Source: an uncultured Acidobacteriota bacterium
GTDB lineage: Bacteria; Acidobacteriota; Terriglobia; Terriglobales; Acidobacteriaceae
Assembly (NCBI GenBank): GCA_963742165.1
Contig: CAVUKX010000017.1
Coordinates: forward strand, 110,698-174,697
Reading direction: 5' to 3'
Length of the DNA stretch: 64,000 bases
Shown here: in pieces, positions 20,431 through 29,439 of the stretch
Layout: each line of letters begins with the position of its first letter
Position numbering within the stretch: the first letter of the stretch is position 1
Position numbers and translations under genes: made by a program
Notes under the pieces: generated by a model
What the model was told of the DNA's origin: nothing
The model's input: the letters and a program-made list of their open reading frames with translations, nothing else
Database searches by the model: none

Positions 20431-20790
20431 CTACGCCTTTACGCGATCGACTTCCTTGAGGCGGGCAGCCTTGCCACGCAGCGCGCGCAGGTAGTAGAGC
20501 TTGGCGCGGCGAACCTTGGCGGAGCGGACCACTTCCAGCTTGTCGATGATGCGGCTGCCCAGGGGGAAGATGCGCTCGACACCCTGGCCGAAGCTCATCT
20601 TGCGAACGGTGAAGCTGGGCTGCTGGCCGTTGGCCTTCTTGATGACGATGCCTTCGAAGATCTGGACGCGTTCCTTGTCGCCTTCCTTGATCTTGACGTG
20701 AACCTTGATGGTGTCGCCCACCGCGAAGCTCGGCAGGTCGGTGCGCTGCACTTTGGCAAGCATCCGGGTGATGATGGGAGATGACGACAT
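20431..20790 (-). CDS. rplS: 50S ribosomal protein L19
   Basis: Trimmed to ATG 20790: [52 protein letters not shown]...RRAKLYYLR. Confidence 0.9.
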   Translation of the reverse strand: MSSSPIITRMLAKVQRTDLPSFAVGDTIKVHVKIKEGDKERVQIFEGIVIKKANGQQPSFTVRKMSFGQGVERIFPLGSRIIDKLEVVRSAKVRRAKLYYLRALRGKAARLKEVDRVKA

Positions 20791-20856
20791 GACGTTTCCT
20801 CTTCTCTTCCGGGGCACCGGAGCCAATGCAGCTCCGGACGGTCCCATGATCTTCCG

Positions 20857-22329
20857 CTAAATTTTTTCCGCCTCACGTTGCAACTCGCGAAGCACTGCCT
20901 TGTCTTCTGCGCTGAGCGCCACCTTCTGCAACAGGTCGGGGCGATTCCTCAGCGTTTTTTCCAGGGCGCGGCGACGCCGCCAGCGCCGGATCTCTTCATG
21001 GTTCCCCTGCAACAGCACATCGGGAACCGGAATCCCACGAAACTCCGCGGGACGGGTGTAGTGCGGATAATCGAGCAATCCGCCGGTTGCGACCGTCGAG
21101 TCGGGCTCCAGCCTTCCCTGCTCGTCCCACCGTGCTCCGGCTTCCACCGCGCTGAAGCTCTCGGTTTTCGCCGAAGCCTGGTTGCCCAGTGCTCCGGGCA
21201 GCAGACGGGTGACACAATCCACGATGAGCGCGGCACCCAACTCGCCGCCGCTCATCACAAAGTCGCCCACCGATACCTCGCGGTCGGCGAGACATTCGGT
21301 GACACGCTCATCCACGCCCTCGTAGCGCCCGCACAGCAACGTAACCCGGTCGAGCGAGGCCAGTTCCTGCGCCACGGCCTGGGTAAACATTCTGCCCGAA
21401 GCCGAGAGCATGACGACCGACTCGCGCGCTTCGCCAGCCATGCGCCCGGCCCGGGGAGAAACTCCCAGAGACTCGACGCAGGCAAACAGCGGATCGGGCT
21501 TGAGCAACATTCCCTCGCCGCCGCCGAATGGACGGTCGTCCACCGTGCGATGCCGGTCCGCGGTGAACGCCCGCAGGTCGTGGATTCCGATTTCAATGAG
21601 CCCGGCGTTGCGCGCACGGCGCACAATGCCGTAATCCAGAGGACCAACGAAGAAGTCCGGAAAGATGGTGACAATCTCAAACCGCACTTCGTCCTGACCT
21701 CTGCCTAGCTGACTTCCTTCGAGCGCTTCGCCGCAGAGCCGGTCCTTCTTCCCCGCACTCGATTTTCCCGAGCCCAGCGGGGCGTCCAGCTCCAGCATTC
21801 CTTCCGGCAACTGCATCTCGATCCGCTTTCCCTGCAAGTCGAGCTTCTTTGTGAAGCTCTCCACGAAGGGAATCATGAACTCCCGACCGTCATTGTTTTT
21901 GACGATCAGCAGCGGGGCCGCGCCCGCCCCAAAATTCACATCCACAATCTGGCCGAGTTCGGCGTCGGCGTTCACCACCAGGCACCCCAGCAAATCGCTC
22001 ACGTAGCAGGCGCCTTCTTCCAGTTCGGCACGCTCGGCGGCGGGAATCTGAATCTCTGACCGGAGCAGCGTTTCCGCCTCTTCGATCGAATCCACGCCCT
22101 CGAACTTGAGCACCATGCCGCCCTTGTGGGGCCAGTACTCTTCAAGCTGCAACTGACGGCGCTCGCCATTTGGCTGCCACGCGTAAAGTGTGCGCCGCTG
22201 TTCGAAGCGCTCGGGAAAATCCGTGTGCAACTCCGTCAGGACTTCTCCATGGCGGCCTTGCACCTTCATGACCCGCGCGATGGTGATGAACCCGGCCTCG
22301 GTGTCTTCCACGCGATTACCCGGCGTCAT
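20857..22329 (-). CDS. rimM-trmD: RimM (16S rRNA processing) and TrmD (tRNA m1G37 methyltransferase) in one uninterrupted ORF
   Basis: Residues 1-182 are RimM-like (ITIARVMKVQGRHGEV..., PRC-barrel end MQLPEGMLELD). A 32-aa linker follows, then VRFEIVTIFPDFF...DDRPFGGGEGMLL...LLCGRYEGVDERV, which is TrmD. An internal GTG at 21687 has an AGGA-type RBS. Confidence 0.8.
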   Translation of the reverse strand: MTPGNRVEDTEAGFITIARVMKVQGRHGEVLTELHTDFPERFEQRRTLYAWQPNGERRQLQLEEYWPHKGGMVLKFEGVDSIEEAETLLRSEIQIPAAERAELEEGACYVSDLLGCLVVNADAELGQIVDVNFGAGAAPLLIVKNNDGREFMIPFVESFTKKLDLQGKRIEMQLPEGMLELDAPLGSGKSSAGKKDRLCGEALEGSQLGRGQDEVRFEIVTIFPDFFVGPLDYGIVRRARNAGLIEIGIHDLRAFTADRHRTVDDRPFGGGEGMLLKPDPLFACVESLGVSPRAGRMAGEARESVVMLSASGRMFTQAVAQELASLDRVTLLCGRYEGVDERVTECLADREVSVGDFVMSGGELGAALIVDCVTRLLPGALGNQASAKTESFSAVEAGARWDEQGRLEPDSTVATGGLLDYPHYTRPAEFRGIPVPDVLLQGNHEEIRRWRRRRALEKTLRNRPDLLQKVALSAEDKAVLRELQREAEKI

Positions 22330-22331
22330 TG

Positions 22332-22574
22332 CTACTCGACAATGTCGAGCGAGCAGCGCTGTCCGTTCTTGTCCGCCGCGGCGGAGAGAATGGTGCGCAG
22401 CGCCCGCGCGGTTCGTCCGGAGCGGCCAATCACGCGGCCCAGGTCATCTTCGGCCACTTCAAGTTCCAGCTTTACGTACTCGCTGTCACCCGAGGTTACG
22501 ACCGAAACATCGTCGGGAAAATCCACCAGGGACATGGCCAGCTCTTTGGCCAGTCCAGCCAGATTGGCACTCAT
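22332..22574 (-). CDS. KH-domain RNA-binding protein (YlqC/UPF0109)
   Basis: 80 aa with LGRVIGRSGRTARALRTIL (GxxG KH motif). Canonical position between rpsP and rimM. Confidence 0.8.
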   Translation of the reverse strand: MSANLAGLAKELAMSLVDFPDDVSVVTSGDSEYVKLELEVAEDDLGRVIGRSGRTARALRTILSAAADKNGQRCSLDIVE

Positions 22575-22589
22575 CGGCGCGCTCCTTGC

Positions 22590-22850
22590 CTAGGCGACCG
22601 GCTCAGCCGGAGCCGCGGCGTTGTAATTCTTGTAAAGGCGCGCGAGGGTCGGAGACAGCTGCGCTCCCTTGCCGACCCAGTAATCGACGCGGTCCTTCTT
22701 GAAATCTACGGTGGCGGGGTTGGTGCGCGGATTGTAGAGGCCGACCACTTCGATGGAACGGCCATCGCGCGCGCGGTCTTTTTCGATGACCACGATACGA
22801 TACACAGGCTGCTTGCGCGCACCACGGCGCGAAAGACGAATCATTAACAC
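22590..22850 (-). CDS. rpsP: 30S ribosomal protein S16
   Basis: MLMIRLSRRGARKQPVYRIVVIEKDRARDGRSIEVVGLYNP...VDYWVGKGAQLS. Confidence 0.9.
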   Translation of the reverse strand: MLMIRLSRRGARKQPVYRIVVIEKDRARDGRSIEVVGLYNPRTNPATVDFKKDRVDYWVGKGAQLSPTLARLYKNYNAAAPAEPVA

Positions 22851-23195
22851 AGGCGTTCTTCCTCTCTTCGTTTACTCCGGCGTTCGACATCCCCAAAGGA
22901 CTTTGTCCCCGGAGACCGGAAATCATTGAAAACCCTCCGGCTTACACCGGCAAGGCAAGCTCTGATTCGAACGCCGTGATGCCCGCCGCGCCTTGGCGCA
23001 AACGGCGGATTGCATCCGCCACGGGCTCTACCACAAAGGAATCGCCAGACGGTTGCCTGGCAAAGGCTTGCAGCAACACTTATTATCGCGGAACTTAACC
23101 CCGCTGGCAAGCCGTCCACCGCCCCACTCGGGCCAAAAGGATGCGGGCCACCACGCCCGAGAGCAAACAACGTCAAGCAGGACCGAAGTCAAAGG

Positions 23196-23277
23196 CCCCA
23201 CTCAAGCCAAAAGATGGCTTCCACCCCAGCAAGCCAACTACGGGCTTGCCGGGGACCCCGGCTTGAATGGGCCACCC
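23196..23277. repeat. REP-like palindrome, family B, long (compound) form
   Basis: Outer arms CCCACTCAAGCC / GGCTTGAATGGG enclose a second hairpin CCCCAGCAAGCC-AACTACG-GGCTTGCCGGGG. Ends in CCACCC. Nearly identical to 41329..41410. Confidence 0.8.
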
Positions 23278-23287
23278 GTCGGTCCCG

Positions 23288-23695
23288 CTAACTGGGCTGC
23301 GGCTCGCCGCAGTGCTTGCACTTGCGCGCGCCGAGGGCGATCGATTCCAGGCAGGCGGGGCAGGTTTTGGTGGTGGGATCGGGCGGCGCCTGGCCGCGCG
23401 CCTGGCGCTCCTTCCAGTGATTCATGGGGGCCACCATGGTGAAGTAAACCGCGCCAGCAATCAGCAGGAACGAGATCAGCGAGTTGAGAAAGAGCCCGTA
23501 CTTGATCTCGCTGCCGTGGAGATGGCAGGAAAAGGCGGAAAAATCCGGCTTGCCTACGATGGCCGCGATGAACGGCGTGAGAATGTCGCCGACGAAGGCG
23601 GTGACCACGGCTCCAAAGGCAGCACCAATGACCACGGCAACCGCCAGATCGATGACGTTGCCCCGCAGGATGAACTCGCGGAATCCCTTGAACAT
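23288..23695 (-). CDS. mscL: Large-conductance mechanosensitive channel with C-terminal CxxC..CxxC extension
   Basis: MFKGFREFILRGNVIDLAVAVVIGAAFGAVV is the MscL N-terminus/TM1. The C-terminus is KTCPACLESIALGARKCKHCG. Confidence 0.85.
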   Translation of the reverse strand: MFKGFREFILRGNVIDLAVAVVIGAAFGAVVTAFVGDILTPFIAAIVGKPDFSAFSCHLHGSEIKYGLFLNSLISFLLIAGAVYFTMVAPMNHWKERQARGQAPPDPTTKTCPACLESIALGARKCKHCGEPQPS

Positions 23696-23761
23696 GGCTT
23701 TCTCCTAACAGTGAATGGCCACCCACGGCGGCAGCCCTGCATAGTAACATCCGGCGCCCCT

Positions 23762-23796
23762 CCCACATCTGCCAACTGCGGCAGATGTGGGGCACC
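23762..23796. repeat. REP-like palindrome, family A
   Basis: CCCACATCTGCC-AACTGC-GGCAGATGTGGG, a perfect 12-bp stem, followed by GCACC. Confidence 0.75.
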
Positions 23797-23993
23797 AGGC
23801 TGCCATCCGGGCGGCGAGCGAAACTGGATCGGAATGCAAGAGACTTTCGATGCATCCAAGGGTTAGAACCTTGCGGATAAGCCGAGGTGCCCGCGACGAC
23901 CGCCAGAAGAGCTGGATGCGGAGATTGAGGGAATGGTGGCAAGGGGACCGCGTCTGTCTCCTTTCATTTTCGGCTTTCCCGAAGGAGGAGTGT

Positions 23994-24755
23994 ATGAACC
24001 CAGGTTTGTTGCGGCTTGCCCGGCTGTCTTTGGCCGTGGCCGCGATCTTGCTCGTTGGCGCATGCGAGAAAAAGTATGTTCCGATTGCTCCACTGGAGGC
24101 AACGCCTCCGCCAGCGCCGCCGATACCCACCGCGCGGTTCACGGCTACCCCCGCGACAGTGCATCCCGGCGAAGCCGTGCAGCTGGAGTGGAGCACACAG
24201 TACGCTACCTACGTCAGCATCTACCCAGTCGGAGAGGTGGATTTCAGAGGCCGACGGAGCGTAGTCCCTTCGGGCTCGACCGTGTATTCGCTGACGGCGC
24301 TGGGTCCGGGAGGCACGTACCGCTCGACCCTGGAGGTGACGGTGATTGGGGAGCCTCCGGCACCGCCGCCCGCGCCCGCACCAGCCGTGGAGCGGGGACC
24401 TTCGGAGCGGGAGCTGTTTGAACGGAATGTGAAGGACGTGTTCTTCGCCTACAACCGGTACGATTTGAGACCGGCCGACGCCGGCGTGCTCCGGGCGAAT
24501 GCGGATTTCCTGGCCGCGCACCCGAGCCTCCGGTTCATCATTTCCGCCCATTGCGATGAGCGTGGCTCCAAGGAGTACAACATGGCGCTCGCAAGGAAGC
24601 GTGACAAGACAGTTCGCGACGAACTGGAAAGGCTCGGAATTCGTTCCGACCGCATGAAGACCATCGTCTACGGCGAAGAAAAGCCCTTCTGTACGGGAAG
24701 CGGTGAGCAGTGCTGGCAGGAGAATCGTCGCGTACACTTCGCGCTCGAACCGTAG
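23994..24755 (+). CDS. OmpA-family lipoprotein (Pal-like C-terminal domain)
   Basis: Trimmed to ATG 23994 (GGAGGAG upstream). Lipobox LLVGAC, Pro-rich linkers, and an OmpA domain (FFAYNRYDLRP...HCDERGSKEYNMALARKR...NRRVHF). Confidence 0.8.
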   Translation: MNPGLLRLARLSLAVAAILLVGACEKKYVPIAPLEATPPPAPPIPTARFTATPATVHPGEAVQLEWSTQYATYVSIYPVGEVDFRGRRSVVPSGSTVYSLTALGPGGTYRSTLEVTVIGEPPAPPPAPAPAVERGPSERELFERNVKDVFFAYNRYDLRPADAGVLRANADFLAAHPSLRFIISAHCDERGSKEYNMALARKRDKTVRDELERLGIRSDRMKTIVYGEEKPFCTGSGEQCWQENRRVHFALEP

Positions 24756-24852
24756 ACTCGAACCGTAGAAACGCGACGCCGCTGACGATCCCAGGTCAGC
24801 GCCGCAAAAGGCGCTGCGCGGGACCTGGGGCACCCGTCTGGCACCCGCCTCG

Positions 24853-26832
24853 TTAGTCCTCGTCGGTGAAAGGCCTGGGGAGGGTGGTGACTTTGGGAGC
24901 GAAGATCCGGTCGAGCAGGTCGGGCTTGCTCTCCTCTCGCTGCAGGTGGGGCTGGAGCGGGCCGTCGAAGTAGTCGAGCGAGACGGAGCGGATGTAGTCG
25001 GCGTTTTCCACCAGCAGGCGGATGGGCTGGTGCGAGGTGTGGGCCTCGCGCATGGCCGCCAGGAGGAACTCCTGCGCGTACTTGCGGTCGTTGACGGCGA
25101 GCAGCTTCATGCCGGGGCCGATGCCTTTTTGGGCGGCGAGCCCGTCCTCGATGGCGTCCAGCACGACACCTTCTTTGCTGACGACCAGGCCGAGCGTGGC
25201 GGAGCCATCGTAGGCAGCGCCCTCCTCCTGGTGGATTCGGGTAATGATGTTCGGCTTCTCGTTATAGACGAGCTTCCAGCCGGCGTTCGTGAGGCCTTCG
25301 AGCGGAGCGTGGATGGCGATCCTGCTCACGCGGTCGGTGAGGAAGGCGCGCCAGTCGTAGGGCTGCACCTGGTTGAGCGTGTTGACCACATCGTCGAAGG
25401 TATAGGTCCTCACTTCCGGCGGAGTATTGCGGCCGCCGTAGAACAGGTGGGCGAAGTCATCCATCGATTTCTTTTCGCCGCTCTTCTGGCGAATGATAGT
25501 GTCGGCCTCCAGCCAGATGAGCGCGCCTTCATCGTAGAAGTCCGGAGCGCGGCGATCGTTGCTGAATGCGTAAGGCGCGCCATAGAGAATCTGCGCGGCG
25601 GTGGCGGTGTCTTCCAGCGGACGCCACAGGCGGCCGGGGCGGTGCGAGTAGGTCATACCGATGCGGGCGAACTGCTCGCGCAGCTGCTGCGGGGTCATCA
25701 ATCCGCTGCGTCCGGTGAGTACGTAGCCGAAATACTGCGTGAGTCCCTCGTAAACCCAGAGCAGATTGCTTTCCATCGGCGATTCGTATTCGGGCGTCGC
25801 CAGTCCGGCGGGACGGCGGTACTTGCCGTTCCAGGAGTGGGTGTATTCGTGCGGCAGCAGGCCGGCTCCGAGCGTCCACTGGTTGTCATCGGTGAGGTAG
25901 TTTTCTCCCACGCGGCTGTCGTTCGATTCGTGATGCTCCAGGCCGAAGTGGGCGACGTGATTGCTGAGGGTGAGCAGGAAGTGATAGTCGCGATAGTGCC
26001 GCGCTCCGTAGAGCGCGCCGGCTTCGGCCACCAGATTGTCAAAGGCCAGGATCTGCTGCGGCCGGATCTGCAGCGCGGCCTCGGAGTCGGCGGCGATGTC
26101 GAGTTCGTGCGCGGGAGTCTTGCCCTGCTGCAGCGGCAGCTTCTTCATATACTCGCCCATCAACACCGGCGAATCGACCAGCGTGGTGAGCGATGCCACG
26201 GCGAAATTCACTTCTCCGGCAGCAGCGGAAGTATGCGGCAGCGCAGAGGCCCATTGCCAGTTGCGCGGCAGCCGCAGCGAGGCCTCGACGCCGATGTCAT
26301 CCGAGCCGCTGCCCTTGGGATAGAGCACCATCCAGTTCCAGGAGAGGACGGCAAGTTTGTCGGACGACGAGGCGCCGGAGCTGAAGCCTCCGCCCTCGGT
26401 GGGAGCGAGGAAGTCGAGCGTGGCGTCGATGGAGGTGACGCCCTCGGGCACATCGACGTGAAAGGCGTACATATCGAGCGGGTCGCGATGCCAGGCGAGC
26501 GGGCTTCCCTGATTTGTGCCCTGATGCACTCGGAAATAGATGCCCGCGGTGTCCACCACCGGGCCGCTGGGGCCGTGTTCGCCGGGAATCCACTTGGGGT
26601 AGAGAAGGACGAAGTCGCCGGCCGTGGCCGGAATGGTCATGCGGGCATGAAAGACTTTGCGCGGAGCTTCGGTGGCATCGACTGCGAGAGTTTCGACCAG
26701 TTTGAATCCCGAAGTGCGGATAACACTGCCGGGCGCAGGACCGGTTTGGGCGAACGCGCCCGCAACGGTGAGGATCGCTACCAGCCAGGTTCCATGCAAT
26801 CCACCCAAAAACAAATCGTGCAATCGTTGCAT
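24853..26832 (-). CDS. M61 glycyl-aminopeptidase-family metalloprotease with C-terminal PDZ-like region
   Basis: Trimmed to ATG 26832, which excludes the REP element. Signal peptide, HEYTHSWNGKY (HExxH), LWVYEGLTQYFG. Confidence 0.75.
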   Translation of the reverse strand: MQRLHDLFLGGLHGTWLVAILTVAGAFAQTGPAPGSVIRTSGFKLVETLAVDATEAPRKVFHARMTIPATAGDFVLLYPKWIPGEHGPSGPVVDTAGIYFRVHQGTNQGSPLAWHRDPLDMYAFHVDVPEGVTSIDATLDFLAPTEGGGFSSGASSSDKLAVLSWNWMVLYPKGSGSDDIGVEASLRLPRNWQWASALPHTSAAAGEVNFAVASLTTLVDSPVLMGEYMKKLPLQQGKTPAHELDIAADSEAALQIRPQQILAFDNLVAEAGALYGARHYRDYHFLLTLSNHVAHFGLEHHESNDSRVGENYLTDDNQWTLGAGLLPHEYTHSWNGKYRRPAGLATPEYESPMESNLLWVYEGLTQYFGYVLTGRSGLMTPQQLREQFARIGMTYSHRPGRLWRPLEDTATAAQILYGAPYAFSNDRRAPDFYDEGALIWLEADTIIRQKSGEKKSMDDFAHLFYGGRNTPPEVRTYTFDDVVNTLNQVQPYDWRAFLTDRVSRIAIHAPLEGLTNAGWKLVYNEKPNIITRIHQEEGAAYDGSATLGLVVSKEGVVLDAIEDGLAAQKGIGPGMKLLAVNDRKYAQEFLLAAMREAHTSHQPIRLLVENADYIRSVSLDYFDGPLQPHLQREESKPDLLDRIFAPKVTTLPRPFTDED

Positions 26833-26876
26833 TGCAACTCCCAGAATGAAATTGGGCGCGAGCTGCAACGGAACTG

Positions 26877-26914
26877 CCCCACTCAAGCCAAAGGAAGGCT
26901 TGAATGGGCCACCC
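26877..26914. repeat. REP-like palindrome, family B, short form
   Basis: CCCCACTCAAGCC-AAAGGAA-GGCTTGAATGGG-CCACCC. Confidence 0.8.
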
Positions 26915-27159
26915 GCCGCAGGTTTTTGAGTGTATCAGAAGCAGAGTGCTGCGCCGGGCGCCGGGGAGCGGCTTTTCTCTTGTGTCTGCAAGTGGTTACA
27001 GGACTATGCCAGCTCCTTCTGAGAGTGTCCTTAGAAGCCTTTCAAAACTATGGAAGCACACGTGCACCATGCAGAGCTGCGGACTTTTGTCCCGCGAAGG
27101 CCGCTGCGAATCCATAAAGCACTCCGATTCTTTCCGCGCGGCCTTCCCTTGGGAGTTGG

Positions 27160-28482
27160 ATGACACAGAACCCGGAGCACAAACCACTTTATGCAAGTAC
27201 ATTCCGCTGCATTGGCGCGGCGTGCGAAGACACCTGCTGCCGGGACATGGCGGTGATGGTCGATAAGGCAACCTACGACAGGTATCAGCAGCTTCCGCCC
27301 GGGGAGTTCCGGTCGCTGGTTCAACTGAAGATATTGCCGAACAGTGTGAATGCCAGCGACACTCTTTACGCGAGAATTGAGCCGGATGCGTCGAACTACT
27401 GTCCGTTTTTTGCGGCGGACCGCCTTTGCGGTCTGCAAAAGGAGTTTGGGGCGGAAGTTCTGTCCGCCACCTGTTCCATCTACCCCCGCGTGCTGAACAA
27501 TGTAGATGGCGTACTGGAATCGTCGCTCTATCTGTCGTGTCCCGAGGCTGCCAGAGTTGTGTTACTCAACCCGGAATCCACGCAGGCGGAGGGAAACCCG
27601 GCATCGAGTCATTTCCGCACCGATCAATATTCCCACCTTTCCAGCGATGACGACGGCATCCACAAGCCCTATGCGTACTTTGACGAAATACAGGCGCTGG
27701 CGGTGACTATGATTCAAGATCGCACCCGTCCCCTGTGGCACCGGCTCTTTCTGCTGGGGATGCTTTGCAGCGCCCTGGACAAAATTACCGCGCCGGAACA
27801 GGACAGCACGGTTCCCGGAATTCTCGGCGAATACGGGGAGATCGTGGCCAGCGGTGCGCTGCGCGGCGAGTTGGAGAATATAGCGGCGAAGCCCGCAGTC
27901 CAGCTGGATGTGGTGCTGAGGCTGGCCGACCAGCGAGTCCGGGCAGGTAGAAGCGGCGAGCGGTTTCTGGAGTGCTGGCAAGCCTTCCAGCAAGGCATCG
28001 GCTACACGCAGGAATCGGCTCCGGAGAGCGATGCGCGGCATTACGTGGAAGCCGCCGAGGAGTTCTGCCACCCCTTCTTTGCCCGGCACCCATTTATCCT
28101 GGAGAACTACCTGCTGAACTATTTCTTCCGAACCCTGTTTCCGTTTGGCCGCCGAGCCAGCGCACACCACGCGCCGCAGGGAATTCTCGGCGAATTCACG
28201 CTGATGATTACTCAGTACGCCGTGGTGAAAGGTTTGCTGACTGGCATGGCCGGGCATTATCGGGAAGCTTTCGGCACGGAACATGTGGTCAAACTTATCC
28301 AATCGTTTTCCAGGGCAGTAGAACACAGTCCCCAATTCCTGCAGGAGATCAAGGAATTTATCGGGAGCCGGAAACTCGGCACCGTAGAGGGTTTCGTCAT
28401 TCTGCTGGCGTGCGGCGAGAAAGCATCGCAGAACGCTTCCGTGGTGGAGGAAGTGCCGGACGCAAGCCGCTTGCTTGCCTGA
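27160..28482 (+). CDS. FliB-family (flagellin lysine-N-methylase-like) Cys-rich protein
   Basis: N-terminal FRCIGAACEDTCCRDMAVMVDKATYDRY and later YCPFF..DRLCGLQ...CSIYPR resemble the FliB/YkgJ CxxCxxCC metal-cluster domain (from memory). Confidence 0.55.
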   Translation: MTQNPEHKPLYASTFRCIGAACEDTCCRDMAVMVDKATYDRYQQLPPGEFRSLVQLKILPNSVNASDTLYARIEPDASNYCPFFAADRLCGLQKEFGAEVLSATCSIYPRVLNNVDGVLESSLYLSCPEAARVVLLNPESTQAEGNPASSHFRTDQYSHLSSDDDGIHKPYAYFDEIQALAVTMIQDRTRPLWHRLFLLGMLCSALDKITAPEQDSTVPGILGEYGEIVASGALRGELENIAAKPAVQLDVVLRLADQRVRAGRSGERFLECWQAFQQGIGYTQESAPESDARHYVEAAEEFCHPFFARHPFILENYLLNYFFRTLFPFGRRASAHHAPQGILGEFTLMITQYAVVKGLLTGMAGHYREAFGTEHVVKLIQSFSRAVEHSPQFLQEIKEFIGSRKLGTVEGFVILLACGEKASQNASVVEEVPDASRLLA

Positions 28483-28517
28483 CCGGCAAACTTTCTGCGG
28501 CGATGAAGACGGACAGA

Positions 28518-28598
28518 TGGTAACGCTTCGCTGCCAGCCGCGGAAGCCAGACTGCTGCGTGCCGGACGGGTAACGCTGCGCTGCCGGCCGCGGGCGCA
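28518..28598. repeat. Two copies of the GGGTAACGCTGCGCTGCCGGCCGCGG repeat family (intergenic)
   Basis: 28518..28543 TGGTAACGCTTCGCTGCCAGCCGCGG. 28568..28598 GGGTAACGCTGCGCTGCCGGCCGCGGGCGCA, whose exact reverse complement lies at 39742..39772. Confidence 0.85.
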
Positions 28599-28621
28599 CG
28601 GCGCTTTGCTATGATTCCTGT

Positions 28622-29281
28622 GTGCACACGCCGGCAAAGCGCGGACGCTTTATCACCTTCGAGGGACTGGACGGCTGCGGCAAAAGCACCCACCTGGGCA
28701 GGCTGGCCACCGCTCTGAGCGCGCAAGGCATCGAGGTGATCTCCACGCGCGAGCCGGGAGGCAGCCCGATCGGGGAGCGCATCCGCGGCCTGCTGCTGGA
28801 TTCGCGTACGCTTGGACTGGCTCCGCTGGCCGAGCTGGCGCTGATGTTTGCCTCGCGCGCGCAGCATATCTCCGAGGTGATTCTTCCGGCCATCGAACGC
28901 GGCGCCTGGGTGCTGTGCGACCGCTACACGGATTCGTCCGAGGCCTACCAGGGAGCGGGGCGCGATCTGGGAGTGGACACCGTGCTGACGCTGCACCGCC
29001 TGCTCTGCAACGGGCTGCAACCGGACCTGACGATTCTGCTGGACAACGAAGTGGCCGACAGCGTGGCGCGCGCCCGGCGACGCAACGCCGCCGGAAGCGG
29101 AATCGACGAAAACCGCTTCGAGCAGGAAAACCGCGCCTTCTTCGATCGCGTGCACCGGCAGTTTTTGGCCATCGCGCAGCGCGAGCCACAGCGCGTGGTG
29201 ACCATCGACGCGCGAAAGGCCAAGGATGCGGTGCACCGCGACGTGGTGTCCGCGGTACGCGGGCGGCTGCTGGCGGAGTAG
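28622..29281 (+). CDS. tmk: Thymidylate kinase
   Basis: GTG start. RFITFEGLDGCGKSTH (P-loop), TREPGGSPIGERIR, DRYTDSSEAYQG. Confidence 0.9.
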   Translation: MHTPAKRGRFITFEGLDGCGKSTHLGRLATALSAQGIEVISTREPGGSPIGERIRGLLLDSRTLGLAPLAELALMFASRAQHISEVILPAIERGAWVLCDRYTDSSEAYQGAGRDLGVDTVLTLHRLLCNGLQPDLTILLDNEVADSVARARRRNAAGSGIDENRFEQENRAFFDRVHRQFLAIAQREPQRVVTIDARKAKDAVHRDVVSAVRGRLLAE

Positions 29282-29382
29282 AAGCGGGCGAACGCAGGGG
29301 CAGGGCTAGACCGGTTGAAAAGGCCGGGTGCCCCAGGCGACACGAGCCAAGACGAGAGCACGAGCAACGTCAAGGACAACTG

Positions 29383-29420
29383 CCCCACTCAAGCCAACGA
29401 AGGGCTTGAATGGGCCACCC
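29383..29420. repeat. REP-like palindrome, family B, short form
   Basis: CCCCACTCAAGCC-AACGAAG-GGCTTGAATGGG-CCACCC. Shares the AACTG prefix with the 26877 copy. Confidence 0.8.
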
Positions 29421-29439
29421 GGCGGGTTGGAGTTAGGCG

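Noticed and set aside
24744-24769. 13-bp tandem duplication CTCGAACCGTAGA x2 spanning the stop codon of the OmpA lipoprotein gene
   Set aside because: It is real in the sequence, but it is a trivial slippage duplication downstream of the first in-frame stop and has no effect on the protein.
24946-27117. 723-aa plus-strand ORF
   Set aside because: Antisense shadow of the M61 peptidase gene with no motifs. It also reads through a REP element.
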